61,226 nt of DNA from Bacteroidota bacterium (lineage in GTDB: Bacteria > Bacteroidota > Bacteroidia > B-17B0 > Aurantibacillaceae): contig CANLAV010000001.1 of NCBI GenBank assembly GCA_947487905.1, positions 1-61,226 on the forward strand, written 5' to 3'. The notes beneath the pieces were generated by a model, which saw only the letters and a list, made by a program, of their open reading frames with translations, had not been told where the DNA came from and ran no database searches. The position numbers and the translations under genes are program-made. How positions within the stretch are numbered: position 1 is the first letter of the stretch; each line of letters begins with the position of its first letter. Shown in pieces: positions 18,375 through 26,170 of this stretch.

Positions 18375-19691
18375 TTATTCTTTTATAATTTTCTTTCTTA
18401 AAACTGAATGGTTTTTATTCTCTATTTCTATAACGTAAATACCTTTTGAAAATGATGATAAATCAATATTTATGTTTGCTTCTTCTTGTAATTTAGAATT
18501 GGTAAATAAAGTATTTCCTAATGCATCATAAATAGAAATTTTTTCAATTGTTTGTTTCACATTCTCAATCGTTAAATCCTTATTAACTGGGCTAGGATAA
18601 GAAAAATATAGTGCCCCATTTTCATTTTCATGAATAGACGTAACACAGGTTAATTTATTAATGTAATCCCACAATGTATTGTCAAAAGAAGAGGCTGCTA
18701 AACTAAATCCACCAGCTGTATTTCCTTGCCTCACAATAACGATATTTTGACTAGGAACGATATAAATTTTTTGATCGTTTTTACCTAAAGCACAATACAT
18801 ATCAGTTAGAGCATTCGAGATTAAGGTATTTGGAAAAACAATTTGTGATTGTGGACTCATAAAACTTGATTTCCCATTCAGCCACCATAAATAGCCATAA
18901 GAATTGTTTAATACTTGTGAGGTATTGGTCATGGTTTTAAAATACAATGAATCCTTCATTAAAGTATCTGCATTCCAGATGCCTTTATTCAAATTTAGTA
19001 AACCAAAACGAGCCATATCTCGAGCCTTGCTGTAATATATTTGTTGCAACCAAATACCTCCCATTCCAATACGTGATTTTATCCAATTGGTTGTTATTGC
19101 ATTGTAGTTTAATGCAGTAGCATTACTAACCACGTCTTGAACTTTGCGATAAGCACCTGTATGGTAGGCCCAGCGGGCGCCTGCATTTGCCTTATAAATT
19201 AAACACGTTTTTGCGGTATCCTCATTATCACAAGGTAATGGTGGCTCATCATCTAAGCCGCTAGTCATTTCTAATAAATTCTTTATGGTAATCAAATTTT
19301 CTTTTATTAATGGCGCGCTTGTCCAGCCAGTTCCTATATAAGTAGACACAGGATTGTTGATATTGATAAATCCTTTTTGTTGAGCTACACCAGTAATAAA
19401 TGAAGCTAAACTTTTACTGTCAGAAGCCCAATAAAACGACGAATCCTTAGTGTAAGTGCCAAAATATTTTTCTAAAACACGTTTGCCATCTTTTAAAATT
19501 ATAAAAGCTTTTGTGTTTTTTGCTTGAAGGTAATTGTATAACGAATCAATACGTGGTTGGCAATAGCCTATCGATGAAGGTAAAATTGAATCCCACGTTG
19601 TACTTGTTAATGGAGGAAAATAAAGACTTTGAGCTTTTATTGTTACATTGATAAATATAATAGCTAGAACTAAAAGTTGTTTTTGTTTCAT
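18375..19691 (-). CDS. Serine hydrolase (beta-lactamase/transpeptidase-like fold) with a T9SS type A C-terminal sorting domain
   Basis: Signal peptide and an SxxK motif (WASDSKSL). The C-terminal ~80 aa (...LTIENVKQTIEKISIYDALGN...GIYVIEIENKNHSVLRKKIIKE) look like a Por secretion tail. Confidence 0.7.
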   Translation of the reverse strand: MKQKQLLVLAIIFINVTIKAQSLYFPPLTSTTWDSILPSSIGYCQPRIDSLYNYLQAKNTKAFIILKDGKRVLEKYFGTYTKDSSFYWASDSKSLASFITGVAQQKGFININNPVSTYIGTGWTSAPLIKENLITIKNLLEMTSGLDDEPPLPCDNEDTAKTCLIYKANAGARWAYHTGAYRKVQDVVSNATALNYNAITTNWIKSRIGMGGIWLQQIYYSKARDMARFGLLNLNKGIWNADTLMKDSLYFKTMTNTSQVLNNSYGYLWWLNGKSSFMSPQSQIVFPNTLISNALTDMYCALGKNDQKIYIVPSQNIVIVRQGNTAGGFSLAASSFDNTLWDYINKLTCVTSIHENENGALYFSYPSPVNKDLTIENVKQTIEKISIYDALGNTLFTNSKLQEEANINIDLSSFSKGIYVIEIENKNHSVLRKKIIKE

Positions 19692-19774
19692 GTAATTTTA
19701 TTTAACATTCGTTTGGCTTGATGAAGATATAAAAGTTTAATTTAAAATTAAATTTTTCGGTACATTTATAGCGT

Positions 19775-20062
19775 ATGGAAAATTCAAATCAAAACATTAC
19801 CAATTGGTTTTTAAAAATTGGAAAAATTGAAGGCTATAGTTATTTAATTTTAGTTTTCTTTGCGATGCCATTAAAATACATATTTCATATTCCTGAATAC
19901 GTTCGTCCTGTTGGTACTTTGCATGGGGTTTTATTTGTGGCCTTTATGATTTTATTAGCTCTTATGTTCTTTAAAGTAAAGATGTCATTTAAAAATGCAG
20001 CCCTTTGTTTTTTATTGTCTCTAGTGCCATTTGGAACTTTTTTCTTAAAAAGATTAGTTTAG
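19775..20062 (+). CDS. DUF3817-like small integral membrane protein
   Basis: 95 aa. IGKIEGYSYLILVFFAMPLKYIFHIPEYVRPVGTLHGVLFV resembles the DUF3817 signature. 3 TM segments. Confidence 0.55.
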   Translation: MENSNQNITNWFLKIGKIEGYSYLILVFFAMPLKYIFHIPEYVRPVGTLHGVLFVAFMILLALMFFKVKMSFKNAALCFLLSLVPFGTFFLKRLV

Positions 20063-20065
20063 AAA

Positions 20066-20467
20066 TTACTTCAATCTTTCTAAAACACCCTTGCGTTTCA
20101 CAATGTTTTGGTAATCCCATTGTATGTCTATTGATTTTTTAAGCCAACGCTTCAAATCTTTGGTATTAATTTGTTTGATAGATGTATAAGTCACCGACGC
20201 ATCTTTAAATTTGCCGCTTTTTCCTTGCACTAATCGTTCTTCTTCAAAACTGACTCCACTCCAAAACAATAATTGCAAACCTGCTTTTAGTTTGCTATAT
20301 CCTACAATTGGATTGCCATCCAAAAACCAAACAGGATGAGCATGCCAAATTTTATGTTCAGCTTCAGGCAAGTGTTTGCAAATTTCTTGATATAAGAGCT
20401 CACAGATTTCTTTGTCTTCTTCCGACTGCGAATTATGGTAGGTTTGTATGGATTTTAAAATCATCAT
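20066..20467 (-). CDS. DUF1801 (YdhG-like) domain protein
   Basis: Small soluble protein with a general resemblance to YdhG-like proteins. Start moved to the first ATG (20467) from the TTG at 20479. Weak call. Confidence 0.4.
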   Translation of the reverse strand: MMILKSIQTYHNSQSEEDKEICELLYQEICKHLPEAEHKIWHAHPVWFLDGNPIVGYSKLKAGLQLLFWSGVSFEEERLVQGKSGKFKDASVTYTSIKQINTKDLKRWLKKSIDIQWDYQNIVKRKGVLERLK

Positions 20468-20580
20468 GAGGTATTTCAAATGTAATTTTTAATAAATGAA
20501 TTTCTACGACAATGTTAACTAAAAAAGCCTTTTTATTCCCTCAATTTTTTTATATTTAGTGCATATTATTTATTTTAAAT

Positions 20581-22683
20581 ATGAACGCATTACAAAATTA
20601 TGCCTTAGGGCAATGGGCAGCTGGTTCTGAAAAAGGACAAGAATTATATAATGCAATAACAGGCGATGCTATTGCAACGACAAGTAGTAAAGGATTAGAT
20701 TTTGGTGCCATGTGTCATTATGCGCGTACCGTAGGTGGACCAAAATTACGCAACATTACGTTTCAACAACGTGGTTTAATGCTGAAAGCATTAGCACTGC
20801 ATTTGCAAAGTAAAAAAGAAGAATTTTATAAAATATCTTGGGCAACTGGTGCAACTCGCGTTGATAGTTGGGTAGATATTGAAGGTGGTATTGGAAATTT
20901 ATTTACTTATGCCTCATTGCGTCGTCAATTTCCTAACGAAACATTTTGTTACGATGGTGATGTAGCTCGTTTGTCTAAAAACAATACGTTTATTGGTCAC
21001 CATATTTGTGTTCCAAAAGAAGGTGTTGCTATTCATATCAATGCGTTTAATTTTCCAGTGTGGGGCATGTTAGAAAAAGTAGCCGTTAACTGGTTGGCTG
21101 GAGTGCCCGCTATTGTTAAACCTGCAGCTTTAACATCTTATTTAACTGAAGCCGTTGTTAAAGAAATTATAGCAAGCAACATTTTACCAGAAGGAGCTTT
21201 GCAATTAATTTGCGGAAGTGCAAACGGTATTTTAGATCATGTTGAAAGTCAGGATATCGTTACGTTTACAGGGTCTGCATCAACTGGAAAAATGTTAAAG
21301 GCGCATCCACGTTTGTTACAAGAAGCTGTTCATTTTAATATGGAAGCAGATTCTTTAAACTGTTGTGTATTGGGTACAGATGTAACACCATCAATGCCTG
21401 AGTTCGATATTTTCATCAAAGAAATTGCTAGAGAAATTACAACAAAAGCAGGGCAAAAATGTACAGCTGTTCGTCGTATCATTGTTCCAGAAAACATGGT
21501 TGAAGATGTTCAAATTGCATTAGGTAAACGCTTATCGCAAAATATCATTGGTGATCCAAACGTGGAAGGTGTTCGTATGGGTTCATTAGCTGGGCAATCA
21601 CAATTGATTGAAGTGAAAGAAAAAGTGGAATTACTTTCTAAAACACAAAAAATTATCATTGGTAATTTCGAAAACTTTGAAGTAAAGGGGGCTGATAAAC
21701 ATAAAGGTGCATTTATGCCTCCCATTATTTTTTATAATGATAAGCCATTTACAAATACAGATTGCCATAATGTAGAAGCCTTTGGACCTGTTAGTACCAT
21801 TATGCCATACAAAACAATTGAAGATGCCATTCAATTATCTAAAATGGGAAAAGGCTCATTAGTTAGTTCAATTATTACAGCTGATACTACCATTGCTCGT
21901 AAATACACTATTGGTGCAGCTTGCATGCATGGTCGTATTTTAGTTTTAAATAGCGAGTGTGCAAAAGAAAGTACTGGACATGGTTCTCCAATGCCAATGC
22001 TCGTGCATGGTGGACCAGGAAGAGCAGGTGGTGGCGAAGAAATGGGTGGAAAACGTGGTGTGTTTCACTATTTGCAACGTACAGCCATTCAAGGTTCGCC
22101 TTCAATGATTACATCTATTTTAAATAGTTATCAAGTAGGTGCTAAAATGATTATTAAAGATGTGCATCCGTTTCGCCAGTACTTTGAAGATTTAGAAGTA
22201 AGTGAAACAGAAATCACGCCAACATACACCGTAACGGAAGATGATTTAGTAAACTTTGCTAATTTAACAGGCGATAAATTTTACGCACATTTACAACCAG
22301 ATGCATTAGAAGGAACGATTTTTAAACGCACTGTGGCGCATGGCTATTTTATTTTAGCGAAAGCAGCTGGTTTATTCGTTGATCCACCAAAAGGTCCTGT
22401 ATTATTAAACTACGGAATTGATGAGTGTCGTTTTACTCGTCCTATTTACCCTGGAATGACGATTGGTGTGAAGTTTACTTGCAAAGAAAAAATTGAAAAT
22501 GATAAACCATTAACAGCAGCTAATGGCGAAGAAGTAAAAGTAGGCATTGTAAAATGGGTCGTTGATATTTATGATGCGAGTTCAATGGATGTGTTAGAGA
22601 AATTTGATGCTGTTGATCAAGCTGGTCAAACAGTTGGTATTGCTACTATTTTGACGATGGTAAAACTAAAAAATCAAAGTTAG
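20581..22683 (+). CDS. paaZ: PaaZ-like bifunctional aldehyde dehydrogenase / MaoC-type hydratase
   Basis: 700 aa. N-terminal ALDH with catalytic-Cys motif [10 protein letters not shown]-terminal hot-dog/MaoC region ([20 protein letters not shown]...). Confidence 0.75.
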   Translation: MNALQNYALGQWAAGSEKGQELYNAITGDAIATTSSKGLDFGAMCHYARTVGGPKLRNITFQQRGLMLKALALHLQSKKEEFYKISWATGATRVDSWVDIEGGIGNLFTYASLRRQFPNETFCYDGDVARLSKNNTFIGHHICVPKEGVAIHINAFNFPVWGMLEKVAVNWLAGVPAIVKPAALTSYLTEAVVKEIIASNILPEGALQLICGSANGILDHVESQDIVTFTGSASTGKMLKAHPRLLQEAVHFNMEADSLNCCVLGTDVTPSMPEFDIFIKEIAREITTKAGQKCTAVRRIIVPENMVEDVQIALGKRLSQNIIGDPNVEGVRMGSLAGQSQLIEVKEKVELLSKTQKIIIGNFENFEVKGADKHKGAFMPPIIFYNDKPFTNTDCHNVEAFGPVSTIMPYKTIEDAIQLSKMGKGSLVSSIITADTTIARKYTIGAACMHGRILVLNSECAKESTGHGSPMPMLVHGGPGRAGGGEEMGGKRGVFHYLQRTAIQGSPSMITSILNSYQVGAKMIIKDVHPFRQYFEDLEVSETEITPTYTVTEDDLVNFANLTGDKFYAHLQPDALEGTIFKRTVAHGYFILAKAAGLFVDPPKGPVLLNYGIDECRFTRPIYPGMTIGVKFTCKEKIENDKPLTAANGEEVKVGIVKWVVDIYDASSMDVLEKFDAVDQAGQTVGIATILTMVKLKNQS

Positions 22684-22692
22684 AAGTTTATT

Positions 22693-23046
22693 TTACATCA
22701 ATTCTTTTTTTACAGACTCAATCACTTGTTTTGAATTACCTATAAATAGTTTAGTATTGACTAAAATCACAGGTCGTTTTAGAAAGGTATATTCTTCTAA
22801 AATATAATTTTTAATGTCAGTTTCTGTTAATTGTTTTGAATATAAATTCAGCTCTTTGTATTTGCGCGCAATCTTGCTAAATAAGGCTTCGTAAGAGCCA
22901 GCTAATTTTTTTAAGTCTTCTAATTGAGTGGAAGTTATTTTTTCTGTTTTTATGTCTTGAAAAATAAATCCTTTTTCTTTTAATTCTAATTCATTGATGA
23001 TGCGTTTACAGGTATCGCATGAGGAAAGGTAAAATATTTTTTTCAT
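22693..23046 (-). CDS. ArsC/Spx-family thioredoxin-fold protein
   Basis: MKKIFYLSSCDTCKRI N-terminus is the ArsC/Spx-family Cys motif. 117 aa. The ORF-track extension to 23169 runs into repeat unit 1 and is rejected. Confidence 0.7.
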   Translation of the reverse strand: MKKIFYLSSCDTCKRIINELELKEKGFIFQDIKTEKITSTQLEDLKKLAGSYEALFSKIARKYKELNLYSKQLTETDIKNYILEEYTFLKRPVILVNTKLFIGNSKQVIESVKKELM

Positions 23047-23100
23047 AAGGATTAGATATTGATCATTCAAATTTAAACTTATTCCATGAGTCATACAATT

Positions 23101-23590
23101 AAAATGAGTTGGGCGTTGCCTTCGGCCAGGCTTTTCACTCCAATCTTTTGTGCTACGCAAGCTTCGCAAAAAAGGATTTCTGTTGCAATCCTTAACGCAA
23201 AGTCTTCAGTTTTTTTATAATGATTTTTAAAATGAGTTGGGCGTTGCCTTCGGCCAGGCTTTTCACTTCAATCTTTTGTGCTACGCAAGCTCCGCAAAAA
23301 AGGATTTCCGTTGCAATCCTTAACGCAAAGCCTTCAGTTTTTTTATAATGATTTTTAAAATGAGTTGGGCGTTGCCTTCGGCCAGGCTTTTCACTTCAAT
23401 CTTTTTGCTCGTTCCTCTCAAAAAGGATTTCCGTTGTAATCCTTAACGCAAAGCCTTCAGTGTTTTTATAATGATTTTTAAAATGAGTTGGGCGTTGCCT
23501 TCGGCCAGGCTTTTCACTTCAATCTTTTTGGTCGTTCCTCTCAAAAAGGATTTCCGTTTCAATCCTTAACGCAAACATTTCAGTTCTTTG
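23101..23590. repeat. Tandem array of four ~125-bp units (starts 23101, 23229, 23357, 23480; periods 128/128/123) of a structured palindromic element
   Basis: Each unit reads AAAATGAGTT-GGGCGTTGCCTTCGGCCAGGCTTTTCACTTCAATCTTTT..loop..AAAAGGATTTCCGTTGCAATCCTTAACGC-AAAGCCTTCAG-T7-ATAATGATTTTT. Units 1/2 differ at 4 positions. Units 3/4 carry a different loop. Confidence 0.9.
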
Positions 23591-23602
23591 AAAAAAAATG
23601 AA

Positions 23603-23640
23603 TAAAAAAAATGTGTTTGAATGTTCAAACACATTTTTAA
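23603..23640 (-). terminator. Intrinsic terminator downstream of rluB
   Basis: Perfect inverted repeat ATGTGTTTGAA/TTCAAACACAT (23611..23634). It is followed on the minus strand by T7, with a T-run on the plus side as well. Confidence 0.7.
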
Positions 23641-23660
23641 TGATGGTATTTTAATTTATT

Positions 23661-25379
23661 TTATCCTAACATCTTTAAGAAATCTACTTCCTTCGGTGTT
23701 AAAAAACGAAATTTAGAACGTGGTAAATCTTTTTTAGTTAAGCCAGCAAACGCAACTCTATCAAGCTTCATCACTTCATAACCTAAATGTTCAAAAATAC
23801 GACGAACAATTCTGTTTCTTCCACTATGAATTTCAACACCAAGTTCCGATTTTCCTTCGCCCACGTATTCAATCGCATCCGGTTTAATAAAGCCATCAGC
23901 TAAATCAAATCCTTCTGCAATCGTTTTAAAATCTTCGGATGAAATACGTTTGTCTAACACAACGTGGTAAATTTTTCTTACGCCAAATTTAGGGTGTGTT
24001 AATTTCGCCGTTAAATCGCCATCGTTTGTAAATAATAAAACGCCTGTTGTATTTCTATCTAATCTTCCAACTGGATACAAACGCTCTTTACATGCTTTAC
24101 GAATTAATTCCATAACCGTTTTACGTTCTTCTGGATCGTCCATGGTTGTGATGTAATCTTTGGGTTTATTCAACACCAAATATTTTTTCACTTCATGTTT
24201 AATTGGAACGCCACCATAATTCACCACATCGGTTGGATTTACTTTATAACCCATTTCAGTAATTATTTTTCCGTTAACCGTAACAACGCCTGTCGCTATT
24301 AATACATCCGCTTCTCTACGAGAGCAAACGCCTGAATTGGCAACATAACGATTTAAACGAACGGCATCATCACTGACATTTTTTTGTGTCGATGTTTTGG
24401 AAGGCCCGATTTTTTTTGATCGTTCCACAATTTTTTGATCCTTCGATAATTTTGGTTCGTAAGGTTTATCAAAATCTCTGTATTCTCCTTTTACTTTTCT
24501 ATCTGCTGTAAATGGTCTTTTTTCTCCATCATCAAATGATTTTCGTGGTCTTTTTCCATCTATTCGGTCACTTTCACGTTTTACAAATGGTTTTCTTTCA
24601 CCATCACCAAATGATTTACGTGGTCCAGAACTTTCATAACTTCCACCTTCACGTTTTGCATAAGGTTTTCTTTCACCATCACCAAACGATTTACGTGGCC
24701 CCGAACTTTCGTATTTACCATCTTCACGTTTCGTGTATGGCTTTCTTTCACCATCACCAAACGATTTACGAGGACCAGTGCTTTCATAGCTTCCGCTATC
24801 GCGTTTTGTAAAAGATCTTTTTTCACCATCTTCACGTTTTGTATATGGCTTTCTTTCGCCATCACCAAATGATTTACGTGGTCCAGAACTCTCATAACTT
24901 CCACCTTCACGTTTTGCATAAGGCTTTCTTTCACCATCACCAAATGATTTGCGCGGTCCTGAACTCTCGTATTTACCATCTTCACGTTTAGTGTATGGTT
25001 TTCTTTCACCATCACCAAATGATTTGCGCGGCCCTGAACTTTCATATTTACCATCCTCACGTTTGGTATATGGTTTTCTTTCACCATCACCAAATGATTT
25101 GCGAGGACCAGCACTTTCGTATTTACCATCTGCACGTTTTGTGTATGGTTTTCTTTCACCATCACCAAATGATTTGCGAGGACCAGCACTTTCATAGCTT
25201 CCGCCTTCGCGTTTTGTATAAGATCTTTTTTCACCACCCTCACGTTTTTCGTAAGGTTTTCTTTCTGATGAATCCGATTTTTTTGATTTATCTGAACTTG
25301 AATACGATTTTCTTTTATTAAAATCTGACGAACCACCTTTTGAAAACGTTTTTCTTGGTCCTTGACTATCTCTTGACAT
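23661..25379 (-). CDS. rluB: RsuA/RluB-family pseudouridine synthase with a ~320-aa repetitive basic/acidic N-terminal extension
   Basis: S4 domain (RLNRYVANSGVCSRREAD) and catalytic motif GRLDRNTTGVLLFTNDG in the C-terminal ~250 aa. The N-terminus holds GPRKSFGDGERKPYTKREDGKYES repeats. Confidence 0.85.
   Translation of the reverse strand: MSRDSQGPRKTFSKGGSSDFNKRKSYSSSDKSKKSDSSERKPYEKREGGEKRSYTKREGGSYESAGPRKSFGDGERKPYTKRADGKYESAGPRKSFGDGERKPYTKREDGKYESSGPRKSFGDGERKPYTKREDGKYESSGPRKSFGDGERKPYAKREGGSYESSGPRKSFGDGERKPYTKREDGEKRSFTKRDSGSYESTGPRKSFGDGERKPYTKREDGKYESSGPRKSFGDGERKPYAKREGGSYESSGPRKSFGDGERKPFVKRESDRIDGKRPRKSFDDGEKRPFTADRKVKGEYRDFDKPYEPKLSKDQKIVERSKKIGPSKTSTQKNVSDDAVRLNRYVANSGVCSRREADVLIATGVVTVNGKIITEMGYKVNPTDVVNYGGVPIKHEVKKYLVLNKPKDYITTMDDPEERKTVMELIRKACKERLYPVGRLDRNTTGVLLFTNDGDLTAKLTHPKFGVRKIYHVVLDKRISSEDFKTIAEGFDLADGFIKPDAIEYVGEGKSELGVEIHSGRNRIVRRIFEHLGYEVMKLDRVAFAGLTKKDLPRSKFRFLTPKEVDFLKMLG
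24510..25265 (-). repeat. In-frame 75-nt (25-aa) coding tandem repeats: 8 near-perfect plus 2 degenerate copies
   Basis: (S/A)GPRKSFGDGERKPY(T/A)KR(E/A)(D/G)G(K/S)YES recurs every 25 aa, and one unit carries an 11-aa insert. The DNA copies differ mostly at third codon positions. Confidence 0.9.
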
Positions 25380-25446
25380 GTTGTAATTTTTTTACAAATG
25401 TAAGCCTTTTTTAGCGATTTCGGGCCGATTAAATAAAGCAAAGTCT

Positions 25447-25454
25447 TACCTTTG
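25447..25454 (+). promoter_or_regulatory. Candidate Bacteroidota -7 promoter box TACCTTTG (TAnnTTTG)
   Basis: Exact match to TAnnTTTG, ending 4 nt before the trmH ATG at 25459. No clear -33 TTTG. Confidence 0.35.
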
Positions 25455-25458
25455 CAAA

Positions 25459-26154
25459 ATGTATGATTTAGAATATCAAAAAGCACTTACGGATTATCTA
25501 GAGGGTTTTGTGAGTGAACGAAGAAAAGGCAGATTAGTTGAAGTTTTAGCGGAACGCACGAATCATTTAACGGTTGTATTAGAGGATGTTTATCAATCTC
25601 ATAATTTCAGTGCGGTGCTCAGAAGTGCTGATATTTTTGGCATTCAAAATATTCACTTTATTGAAAACAGAAACAAATATAAAATTAGCGAAGATGTTTC
25701 GATGGGTTCTACTCAGTGGTTGACTTTAAATCGCTATCAAAAATTTGAGAATAATACCCGTGAATGTATCACGCAACTAAAAAATAAAGGCTATCGCATT
25801 GTTGCAACATCATTAAACGAACGAAGTGTTACCTTAGATCAACTGAAAGTGGATAAACCAATCGCTTTGATATTCGGGACTGAGCTAACAGGCATTTCAG
25901 AAGATGTGCAAGACATGGCAGATGAGTTTGTGTATTTGCCGATGTTTGGTTTTACAGAAAGTTTTAATATCAGTGTGTGTGCAGCCTTGTGTATGCACGA
26001 GTTAAGCACCAAGATAAGATCCCAAGTTCCTAATTATAAATTAACCGATGCTGAAAGAAAAGAAATTTATTTAGAATGGTTGAAAGTGTCAGTTAAAAAA
26101 CACGACTTAATGATTAAAGAATTTGACGCAACGTATTTTAAAGATAAAACATAG
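25459..26154 (+). CDS. trmH: SpoU/TrmH-family RNA 2'-O-ribose methyltransferase
   Basis: LTVVLEDVYQSHNFSAVLRSADIFGI, LIFGTELTGIS and ESFNISVCAAL are SpoU motifs 1-3. Confidence 0.8.
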   Translation: MYDLEYQKALTDYLEGFVSERRKGRLVEVLAERTNHLTVVLEDVYQSHNFSAVLRSADIFGIQNIHFIENRNKYKISEDVSMGSTQWLTLNRYQKFENNTRECITQLKNKGYRIVATSLNERSVTLDQLKVDKPIALIFGTELTGISEDVQDMADEFVYLPMFGFTESFNISVCAALCMHELSTKIRSQVPNYKLTDAERKEIYLEWLKVSVKKHDLMIKEFDATYFKDKT

Positions 26155-26170
26155 TTCAATCATTGTTGAT

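Noticed and set aside
23047-23169. N-terminal 41-aa extension of the arsC-family ORF (ORF track 22693..23169)
   Set aside because: The extension (MRSLRSTKDWSEKPGRRQRPTHFN...) is a read-through of repeat unit 1. MKKIFYLSSCDTCKR at 23046 is the family-typical N-terminus.
23101-23590. Possible CRISPR array (regularly spaced repeats in an intergenic region)
   Set aside because: The sequences between the conserved cores are themselves the same in every unit, so the whole 123-128-bp unit is tandemly duplicated and there are no unique spacers. The core is about 83 nt, far longer than a CRISPR repeat. No cas genes are in the window.
24512-25486. Four long ORFs overlapping rluB (24512..24811 +, 24581..25486 -, 24949..25197 +, 24995..25321 +)
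   Set aside because: They are alternative-frame or antisense readings of the 75-nt coding repeats, giving periodic low-complexity H/V/F/M-rich products. Only the rluB frame continues into a recognisable catalytic domain.
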